A stretch of 64,000 nucleotides of DNA from Monocercomonoides exilis PA203 (taxonomy: Eukaryota; Protista; Preaxostyla). The notes below the pieces were generated by a model, which saw nothing but the letters and a program-made list of their open reading frames with translations, was not told where the DNA came from and made no database searches. The position numbers and the translations under genes are program-made. The stretch is from positions 930,001 to 994,000 of the forward strand of contig LSRY02000024.1 of NCBI GenBank assembly GCA_001643675.2. Direction: 5' to 3'. Shown here piece by piece: positions 1 to 10,400 of this stretch. Every line of letters starts with the position of its first letter. The first letter of the stretch is position 1.

Positions 1-3000
1 CTCTTTGTTATGCTCAATCCGCTTGCCCCATCCAGCTCAACATTCTTCATCGTCAGGTTTTTTATCCTCAAAATCGTTGTTGGCTGCACAGAAATAACAT
101 CTTTTGAAAAGCAAAGTGATTGCATTGTCACTAATTCCAACACAACTGTCCCTCCTTCTGCATTGATAAGCCCATAATGAGTCACTTCTTCTCTGTCATC
201 TCCTTTCTTGGTGAATGAGCAGTCTTTCAGAGTCAGCAGTCCTTCACTTGATCCAATATGCAACAAAACATTGACTCCACTTGTGAATGACAATGGAACA
301 ACGAAGCTTATCAGTTCGAAATTGGTAATACCCTGAATCTTCATTGCCATTCCTTCTGCTCCTTCAAGTGAAGAGTTACATTCCAAAGAGCAAATGCTGC
401 TGCTATCCTTCGATTTTATTGAAGCTCCACTCACATCAACACTTTTCCGAAGATATCCTTTTCCAATGATGCTGACATTCCTTTCATTTCCTTCTGACAA
501 TCTCATTAACGAATAGTCAATTGACAAGCAAGGATAATCTGAGAATCCACAGGCGTGCATATCTCTTCCTTCGCTCCCAATAAATATCTCTGAGCCGAGT
601 GAGAGCCAGAAATAAATCAGCGGAATGGCATTCGTTGTGTCATTTCCATCAAAGCCTCTCAGGGAATTCAATGAAATATCAGACAGATTCTCAGTCACAA
701 ATGGAAGAGAAGTGTTTGTGAGACTCTTTGTCAAATTCGATGATTCAACAAACACATCATTTCCATATTTCGCAACATTTGGCTTGTCTGCATCAAAAAC
801 AGGGGACGAGATCACAAACGAAGAATCGTCATCAATCAACTTCAGCGCCAGCCCTCCCCCAAAGCCAGTCTTCTCTTCTCCAGCTGGTGCTGCGCATCCT
901 GTGAATGTGCACGAAACAATATTCAATTGAGTATTCCCTTTCAACTGAGCATTTAAAGCCCCTCCTCTGCTTTCATCAGCCATCACAGAGCATCCATCAA
1001 AATCACATTCTTCAATATTTATTTCTGCATTTGAATTTTCATCATGGCCGTTGTCAAAGCTCACACAGCCTCCACTTCCAGCTGCCCTTTCGATTTCTGT
1101 AAAATTGCTGTTCGTCATGTTCAGCCAGGGAGTATTCATAAACTCTGCCTCTGTGCTGCTTCCTGACAAAGAGATCAATGGACTTCCACTCAAAGCGATT
1201 GATGAAGCTGAGAATTTGTCGATTATCAGGATCCCTGACTCAACTGACAAGAACAGAAATGTCAATTCTGATGAAGGATCTTGAAGAGTTAAAGAACATT
1301 GAGACAAAGTCAGTGATGAAGAAGAAGAAGAAATGAAAGTTGAGCGCGATGAAAGAGAAGATGGAAGAGAGAAGATGAGTTTTGATAATTCTGTTTCAAA
1401 ACTTGCTGTTGTCATTGCTGAGTTTAATGGTGAGCTGGCATCAGACACAGTCCAACCACTTTGATCATCATTTCCTCTGATCTCATGCTTCTGTTCAGCA
1501 AAGGTCAATTCATCGTTCATCAAAATCATTCCACTCACAACAACTTTCTTTGTTTCTGTTTGACGTGTGAGTGAGTGCTTCATTGTCAAACAAGGGAATT
1601 GGACGATTCCACAATGTGAGTGATCGGATGCCTCAGTATTACTCACATATATTTCTTCTGGGGTTGGAAGGAGATAGATGCACAGAGGAATAGCGACGCT
1701 CGTATTTCCATTGTCATATCCTCGCACTTTGTCAACAGAATCTGATGATGAGGTTACACATGCAATTTTTCTTGAAGTTGCAGTTTCTTCCAGATTGGGC
1801 GATAAGACGAAGATGTCTCTTCCCCATTTGGCCGTGTTTGTGCCAACGGAAGAAGAAATCAAGAAATCTGGATTTTCATTCAATAATCGAAGAAGAATTC
1901 CTCCACCTAGTCCGTACGATGCAGAGCAATAGCACCCATCAAAAGCTCCATCTTTCACCTTCACTTCATTCTCATTCCCTGCACACAGCATCATCGAGCC
2001 TCCATCAGCTGATGTTGTGCTTCCACATCCTTCAAATGTGCATAAATTCAGATCGATATTCGCCTTGTCATTCGAAAACGACATCACTGCTGCTCCGCTT
2101 GTTGTCCTTTCAATTCCATCAAAGGAACATACTAAAAGTGTCAAGGAAATCTCATTTGTCGAAGAAAGCGAAAACAATGAATTTCTGGAAATCATCTTTG
2201 CCCAGTTCACATGTCCCATCTGAAACATCCCACTCTGAACATTTATCAGTTCTATCGAAAATGCTGTTTCTGTTGATTGTTCGCTCCCAAAAGATATATT
2301 CAATCTTCTTATTGATATTTCCCCTGCTCCACTTATCTCAAACAGCCTTGACCCACGGTTATTCGGATGAGACGAGTCATGCACAAGAACAAAGTCTCTG
2401 GCAGTCAATGTGCCTGTTGAGACTGAAAAAAGAGATAACCCAGCTGCATCTAATTCTGTTTGCATTGTTGTGCTCATATCGCTTTGACCGTAAATTGCAT
2501 AAGTGTTGACTCCACAATCAAATCTATTTGTTTCAATTGTTGTTCCGCTGAATATCTCCACATCAGTTACAATGCCTGGAATTAGCTGAGTAAGACAACG
2601 ACTGATCGTGCTGCATGCATGAGATTCATCCAGCCCACATGCATATGTGTCTTTAGCATTGGGCTCTGTTTGGGCTGATGAGACATATCTGGTTCTTCCA
2701 AAATCGTTTCGAAGCCATTCACTTTTATCAGCAATTGAATCATAATCCGTGCTGACTCTATTTGATGTTTGTCTCGTCGAATAGCAGCTTAGGTCAATAT
2801 TATTAGATGTTGAATCATGAAGGACAATATCGTGCCCTCCTTTCACGCAGGTATTATTGTGAAAAAAACAAAAATAAAACAAAATTCCATTATTATTCGT
2901 ATTGATTTGTTGAAATACAGCACCTCCTCCACACATTGCAAAGCAATGACAAAATAAACAATTTGAAATGACAACTTTATCAGAAGGAACCCAATGAAGA

Positions 3001-4270
3001 ATTGCTCCTCCTACACTATGTTCAGAACTATTGCATCGACAGTTATCAAAAACGAATTAACAACGCACATTTTCTGTCTTTGAGTTTTTGTTTGATAAAG
3101 TGTAAATGCTCCTCCATCTTCATTAGATAAACAATTATAAAATAAACAATCGTTGACAACTGGTTGTGTATAAACATTATCAAACATTATTCCTCCACTT
3201 CCACAGGAAGATATTGCTGCGGCATTGCATTCGACAAATGAAGAATGGAGCACAACACATTCTGCAATTTTCAATGCATATATTCCTCCTCCATTTGTGG
3301 AAGAAGCGTTGCATCTTGTGAATGAAGAATTTTCAACAGTCAGAATAGCATTTGCATTTTCATGAACATAAAGAGCACCTCCTTGTGGTGCTGCGCAATC
3401 ACTCCATTCACACAATGAAAAGGATTGACTTTCTGTTGTGTCTATTCGTTGTTTTCTTTCAAGTTCATTCGCCTCTCTTTTCCCAAAGTGTGAAGAAATA
3501 TTTTTGCAAACAAACTCTTGTGAAGAAAAAGCTCCACTTGAAATCCCTCCTTCAAAGATATTCACACAAGAATAAATGAGGCAGTTCTCCATCGAACTTC
3601 GAAAACACGAATGCTCCATCAGATAATCACTGCTTTTGAATGACTTCACAGAAATGTTCCTGAAGGCGCAGTCATTGATCTGTTCGTTTTTGCTCTTTCC
3701 TGAAACAAGAAAATAGTCCGAAGATGAGACAGCCAAATCTGCCATGATGCAATTTCTCAAAATGGCTGAATTGGGACCATCAGATGAAAATACGAGACTG
3801 GAAGGGTTCAAATTCTTTTGGGGGATCAAAGTCATGTTTGTGAGGCAGATTGACCCACTTTGTAAATGAAACGGAGATGCAGATTTTTGGCGTGAAATGC
3901 AGGAATCCATCATTATGCTTGATTTGCCTGTAATAAGAACAAATGGCGAGGAAGAATATTCAAGTGCCACATTTTTCAGTCCAACCGAAGAATTGAAAAA
4001 TCCAAAAAATGTATTTATTGATGAAGATGCGCCGCTCTGCCACCTTATTCCCCAAAGATAAAGGTTAAGCTTGAGTTCATTAGCTTCTGTGTTTTTCGCA
4101 AGGAAATGTTCGTCTTCTATTCTGTTCCCATTCAAACAGGCTTGGAAATATTGGAAGCGCGAATCCGCGCTTGTGCCTTGATTTTCAAGCGAAGCAATCT
4201 GTGCGGCCTGTTTTCCTTCGATTTTCTCGGCTATGTACAAGCATGCAAAAAGAAACAAATGCACGCTCAT
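1..4270 (-). pseudogene. Copy A of giant surface receptor-like gene (beta-helix/Cys-repeat ectodomain); 3' part runs off the window; frameshifted near 3050
   Basis: Same sequence as 33523-37794. The A5 run at 3048-3052 (A6 in copy B, 36571-36576) truncates the ORF at 419 aa (3011..4270). Further downstream it is in frame at the site where copy B is broken. The indel may be a sequencing error. Confidence 0.75.
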
Positions 4271-4532
4271 CCAGAATATATGTAAATTTTTATTGTTTGT
4301 AAAAAGTTATATCTATCAGAGATCTGAAGTACAAATTTTTCAGTTGGTATTTCTATGAAATGTTTAGGCAATTTATTGTTTGTGTTGAACACTTTTTTCT
4401 TTTTGATGTCTGAAGTTTCCATTTTTATTAAGTGAAAGGAAAAACTTTTTTCGAAGAAAAGTGATTCAATTATCGAAATGTTCGATTTTTAATTATTATT
4501 TTTTAAAATATGACAAAACAAAAAAATCAATT
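1..4532. repeat. Direct segmental duplication, copy A (partner 33523-38056)
   Basis: Shadow ORFs repeat at offsets 33522, 33523 and 33524. Identity ends after ...AAAAAAATCAATT (4532/38056). Differences seen by eye: 2 single-base indels and 2 substitutions (162/33684, 1847/35370). Confidence 0.97.
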
Positions 4533-4856
4533 AAAACATTTATTCAAAAGATTATTGTTTTTAAAAAGTGGTGATTGTTATATGGGACAGAATTCTTGCA
4601 TTTATGATAATTAAATGATTTGTTTCAAACTGTTTCTGAAATATGTTTATTCTAATTCTAACTTTTTCGTGCGAAACATAATATCGAAATATCAAAAAAT
4701 CGAGAAATATTTTGAAAGAATTGTGTCGAACTTAACTCATAAAGCAAAAAAAAAATATTTCTTCCTATCTTTAAAAGTGATACTCAAAAAATAAAAATAC
4801 TTTTGATCAATAGCATTGATTAGTTTTTTAATTTTGGGGTGTTTCCATTCACTTAA

Positions 4857-7046
4857 ATGACACGATATAGAGGAGTAACAGCACCAGACCCAATGAGCAG
4901 ATCATTTGAAGCAAGTGACATCGTTAGAAAAACAGGCATCCTTCATTTCCCTCCAGAAATGAAAATGAATGACTATGCAATAACATTACCTCGTACAACC
5001 ATTGGTAGAGCAAAAAAAACTAATTGCCCGATATGCGATTCAACAATATCTAAAGTTCATGCAGTTATTTACAATGTAAAGCAAGAATTTTTTATAAAAG
5101 ATTGTTATAGCAGAAATAAAACTGTTGTGAGAGATATACAGGTTGAATCATATGAAAAACCGGATGAAAGCGAAGCATTAGATCCCTCAATAATATATCC
5201 ACAATTTGGAGTTAAATCAGGAAAGCTACCTGATTTTGGAGTGCAAATTAGACACGGAGATATAATTCTTTTGGGAAATGTGAAAATTGAGTTTAAAATA
5301 GAGTCTACAAGAGTAGGGCCAGAATCAGGAGGACATGCAACTCGTTATGTCCCAGTGCATGAACAGGTTGTCATGAATCCCGGAGATATTGATTTTCGAC
5401 CAGCTTCGGATATTGAAAACTTAGAAGAGTTACGCCAGGACTATGAACGTTTGCGCGCGTCTTACTTATTTAACAGAGAAGGGCTTGAAGCGAGCGAAGG
5501 AATGATCATTCAAAATGCAATTTCAGTGATTTTCGAACTATTTCCCTCAGCAGAAGCAGCTGTTGTTTTGCTTGTTGATATGGACACTGGTGATCTAAAG
5601 CTCCACACGACAAAAGAACGGAATCCAGACGAAGGAGATGGAGGAGGCGGCGCTGGGGTTCCCGTATCGCAATCTCTAGCCGAGAAAGTGCGAAGAGAGA
5701 AAAAGGCTATTTTGTCCGGAGACTGTCTCGATGACAAGCGCTGGCTGCCTTCAAGCTCGATGACCACGCTTGGCGTGCGCTCTGCCCTTGCTGTGCCTCT
5801 TATTGGCAAAAAGGACGAGGTTGTTGGGGTTCTGTTTTTGGATTCGTCGAAGGTTGGCGCATTTAACCAGAAGGACCTGAATCTGCTGACATCTGTGGCC
5901 ACTCCGATCGGCACAGCGGTGTCCAACCAGAGGATGGTGCAGCAGATTCGGAGAGAAAAGCGCGAATACGAATCCCTGTCACGTTTCTTGTCGCCCCATT
6001 TGCTGAAGAAAGTGAAGCAGACCGGCGGAGAACTTCATCGCGAGTCGCAGGACGTGCCGTATGCGTCTGTGCTGTTTGCCGATATTCGCGGCTTCACAGC
6101 GCTGAGCCGGACGAAAGAGCCGAAGGAGATTTTCACGTTCCTCAACGAGTTCTTCGAGAAGATGGTGAACATCGTCTTCAAGCACGACGGGATGCTCGAT
6201 AAGTACATCGGAGACTGCATGATGGCCACGTGGGGAGGAGGGCTGGTCGGCCACTCGTCATCAACATCGCTGTCTGCGTCTTCAGGTGGACTGGCGCTTG
6301 TTTCTGCGTCTGGCTCTTCGTCTGGGCTGGCTGGCAGCGGGACAGGCAGCAGCTGCGGTGGAGCGAGTGGTAGCATGGGCGGAGGCAGCATGGGGGGCAG
6401 TGGGAGCGGGGGAGGTGGCACAGCCTCGTCGATGGAGAGAGACAGAGACAGAGACAGAGCATCGCTTTCGTCGAGCGGAGGAAGCAGCAGCGGGATTTGG
6501 GGTGGGAGTGGAGGCAGCGGAAGTCTGGCGCGGTTTCGGCAGTCTGTGCCGATGACGCCCGAGGAGGAGATGAAGATGCACATTGCGAACACGAAAAAAG
6601 CGGTGCATGCGGCGATAGAGTGCAGAAACTCGATAGACAACTGGAACAAAGAGCGGCAGGCACACGGGCTGGACGAGGTGGGTGTTGGGTTTGGCGTCAA
6701 CACAGGGCCAACCATCGCTGGATTTCTGGGCGCTGAGACAAGGCTGGAGTACACAATGATCGGGGATTCAGTGTCGGTTGCGAACAAAATATGCGGCGTG
6801 GCTGACGCTGGCCAAGTGCTTGTTTCAGAGCAGACGATGCTTCTTATCAAAGATGAGATGGACTTTATTCTGAAAGAAGTTGAGCCAAGGAAGCTGAAAG
6901 GAAGCGACGATGTTGTCAGATTATGGGAAGTTAATGGCAAGCCAACAGTGCGCTCTGCAATGACAATGCCTCCGTCACATCACCATTCACACTATCACCA
7001 TCACGAACGCTCATCCACTGGTTCTGCTGCGCGCACCAATACTTGA
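4857..7046 (+). CDS. FHA-GAF-class III adenylate/guanylate cyclase, 729 aa, no intron evident
   Basis: FHA motifs TTIGR..STISKVHA..IKDCYSRNKT. GAF motif VRSALAVPLIGKKDEVVGVLFLDS..AFNQKDLNLL. Cyclase motifs SVLFADIRGFT, LDKYIGDCMMATWG, GFGVNTGPTIAGFLG..LEYTMIGDSV. Confidence 0.92.
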   Translation: MTRYRGVTAPDPMSRSFEASDIVRKTGILHFPPEMKMNDYAITLPRTTIGRAKKTNCPICDSTISKVHAVIYNVKQEFFIKDCYSRNKTVVRDIQVESYEKPDESEALDPSIIYPQFGVKSGKLPDFGVQIRHGDIILLGNVKIEFKIESTRVGPESGGHATRYVPVHEQVVMNPGDIDFRPASDIENLEELRQDYERLRASYLFNREGLEASEGMIIQNAISVIFELFPSAEAAVVLLVDMDTGDLKLHTTKERNPDEGDGGGGAGVPVSQSLAEKVRREKKAILSGDCLDDKRWLPSSSMTTLGVRSALAVPLIGKKDEVVGVLFLDSSKVGAFNQKDLNLLTSVATPIGTAVSNQRMVQQIRREKREYESLSRFLSPHLLKKVKQTGGELHRESQDVPYASVLFADIRGFTALSRTKEPKEIFTFLNEFFEKMVNIVFKHDGMLDKYIGDCMMATWGGGLVGHSSSTSLSASSGGLALVSASGSSSGLAGSGTGSSCGGASGSMGGGSMGGSGSGGGGTASSMERDRDRDRASLSSSGGSSSGIWGGSGGSGSLARFRQSVPMTPEEEMKMHIANTKKAVHAAIECRNSIDNWNKERQAHGLDEVGVGFGVNTGPTIAGFLGAETRLEYTMIGDSVSVANKICGVADAGQVLVSEQTMLLIKDEMDFILKEVEPRKLKGSDDVVRLWEVNGKPTVRSAMTMPPSHHHSHYHHHERSSTGSAARTNT

Positions 7047-7474
7047 ACTAGCTTGATTTGATTATTTACACACGTCAATTTGTTTGCCGCAACTTTTTTC
7101 AAATTTTTGTGTATTTTGCATTTTGATAATCAACAATGTTATTTTAATTTTCTTTAAAGACTTCATCCTTATTAATTTTTTTGTATTTCATTGCAAACTT
7201 TTCTCATTAACAAAAATTATTTTTAAACAATATTATTTTGGATTGTTGGAAATTTATTTTTATGTCAAATATGATTTTTCTTGCATTATAAATCAGACAG
7301 AAAACTCACAATTTGTTTTTACAAATTTCCACACTGATTATTCAACAAAAAGAAAATATTTTCTGATAATTTATGACCCATGATAAAAAGTTTTTGACAT
7401 GAGAAGTAGAATAGTTCGCAATTTTGTCTCCAGACCCCTTTTCCTACGAAAAAATTACTGTAGACCACGCTGTA

Positions 7475-10400
7475 ATGAGTATGTCTACATGCCATCGACC
7501 CCGGGCATCGCACATATACTCATACTATAACGCACTTTCTGATACTGAGACTTCTTTACCTGGTATGGAAGTTACAATCCTGTTAGATGCTCCTCCACCA
7601 CCTATTAGGAAAGGAGTGTTTATAGCAGGGACATTTAATGACTGGAAAGAGGATTCTATGTCACTTACATACGTTTGGGCACTTTTTTATTGACTTTTAG
7701 TAATAATATGCTTTTTCCCAATGATCTTGAAGAATGAAATAAGAAACAAATGGGTTGTAGTATTCGTTCTTCCATTTGGACAGCATTATTTCAAGTTTAT
7801 TGTTGATGGCGAAGTGTGGCTTTCTCATTTTCATTGATTTCAATGAATTTTTTTTGTACATTTCAGTGGACGTGTAGTCCAGATTACCCGATGATCACAA
7901 CTCCAACAGGAGTTGTAAATAATGTGCTAACGTTGTCTCCTGCGAGAATATCAGGATTTGTTGAATCTCCTATTTGTGGAGATTCTCCTAAATCAGATTC
8001 GTATGAAAATCCTTCACCATCCGGATCAATAAATTCTCAAAAATCTTCAGACATTATAACTCCAAATCGTCTTGAAACTCCTATTGCTTCTTTGCAAGCA
8101 CAGTTTCTTCCTTCCATGCATGCTTCGTCTGGGAATGCCTTTCCCTCTTTTTCTCCAGTGCCTCATTCACCTGAAACATCTCCAGCTCCATGCTCTTCTC
8201 TGCGCTGCGAAAGGACACCACACACATTATCACGTGAGTCATGCGAAGGCAACTCGTCTCCTAGTATGCAACCTCAGCTTGCATTTTCACTTGTTTCTCA
8301 TGATCAACCAAATAACGTACTCCTTAGTAGTGATTCAAATACAGCTCTTTGTCCCCCACTTCAACAAACAATTCCTCAAGCACCAGCTTTGTCAGCGAAA
8401 TTTCAAATGTCAAATCCAGATCCCACAATTAAAAGCGATCCAATTCTAAATGATATCATTTCAGAATCAACAACATCAATTGACAAAGTCACTTTATCTG
8501 CTGGACTTACTTCTGTAGCAGAATCTGGACAAAACAGACAGATAGTTGCATTTGCATCCACATCAGAAAGCTCCATTCCTTCAGTGAATCAGACGTTTGA
8601 TCTCCAGAAGCTTCTTTTTGCTTCACCATTGGTGCTATCAAACGAGAAAAAGCCTTTCAACTTAGAAGGATCTGAGAATGCATTTTTATCAAGCAGTATC
8701 AAAGAAAAGTCGATGGACATATATTTAAAAGTTCCTGCTGGAATTGTTCGATTGGAGAAAGAAATGGAGCAGAAATCATTCAACATGATTCAATCAATAC
8801 AAAGATATTTGTCAGCCACTCAAGGAACAGTACATGCTGTGTTTGTTCTGCCCTTCCGACACATCCATTCAATGTGCTCCGTTTGTTCTGCAGCGCTGTC
8901 GCCTTTGATGTACTTGCAGAATTCTTTGCGCAATTTTTCCTCTGCGCCTTCTTGTTCTGTATTCAAGACAGCTTCTGCTTCTGCATCTGCATCTGCATCA
9001 GCGTCAGCAGCAGCAGTAGTTGCAAAGCCAAATATCGAATATCCGAGTGTGTTCATAGCTGGGTCTTTCACACAATGGAAACCTTCTCTGCGGATGTTGT
9101 GCGACATCCAACGAGAAGCATGGGTGGCTGTGACTGATGTGCCTCCAGGCGAAATATCATTCAAGTACGTGATTGCTCATCCTTCTTCATTATCTGGAAA
9201 GAAATCAAATGAACCTTCTCTTTCTTCGTCTTCTCTCTCTGCACCATTTCCAGCTGCTCATTCATCTCCCCCATCACCAGCAGCATCTCCTCTGTCTACA
9301 GACAGCGATCTTAGTATTCTTTACCACTGGCACTTTGACCCATTTCTTGCGCACTCTTCAGACTGCTGCGGGAATATCAACAACAACGCCGCATTCGAAG
9401 GCGACTGCGGCGCTTTCTTCTTCTTCCCCTTTTCTGTCCATTCAGTTTCTGTGGTGACCAGCGCAGACGGCTGGCGGAGTGCGCTTCCGCTGCAGCTGGA
9501 CGGGCAGAGGCGCGTGTGGTACGGTGAATTCTTCTTTCCAAGAGGAACGTTTCTGTACAGATTTCTTGTCGAAGGCAGCACTTTTGTCACAAACGAGCAT
9601 AGACCGCGTCAAAAGGACGAGTTTGGAAATCTCTGTAATATATTTGTGTGTGACGATGACGAAGATGTGGACGACGAAGACGGATTATTTTCATTGGCCC
9701 CGTCTTCCTCTTCCTCTTCTTCTTCTTCTTCGTTGCCAATGAAATCTTCGTCTTCGTCTTCGTCTTCCTCTTTTTCCACTGTATCTTCTCGTCAAATGTT
9801 GTATTGCCCAAGCTCTCCTTCTGGCTGCAGCACTTTCCTGACAACTCCTCCATTCAATTCACCACAAAAGAAAATTGTCGACTCACCACGTAGGAAAATG
9901 AAGAGGGCATATTCTATTTTTTCGAAGCAGCCTTCTCCTCCATTTGCTTCTGCCTCATCTCAATCACAGCAACCTCAACTTAAAGAGAAAGAACAAAGTC
10001 AATCAAGTAGTTCTCCAACATCATCTTCATCATCATCATCATCTTCTTCTTCTTCTCCATTCCAGTCCTCTCAATACGCTGCCAATCGGCACCGCTGGGG
10101 ATGGATTGACACACGCACCTTCTGTTCAGCCACGCCTCCTTCTCTCTTCTTCTCCACAGTCGCTGCTCGCTCCCTCTGCGGCAGCGACGGCGGCACCCGA
10201 CGAGGACTCCGCCGCCGCATCGATGCAGCTGTGAGTGAATGCAACCGAAATGTGATTTCGCTCTCGACCCGCAGCAGGTCGCAGTCGTCCACACACCACT
10301 TTGCAGCAGGCGATCCAGCGGTGCATCTGCCGTCACAGCAGACAATTGCGCACTTTCCAGGCATCAGACAGCTCTGCTCGCACTCAAATACACAGCCATC

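Noticed and set aside
6035-6940. 301 aa antisense ORF, and the many other overlapping short ORFs throughout the window
   Set aside because: They are shadows of GC-rich or repeat-rich coding sequence on the opposite strand or frame, with no motifs of their own.
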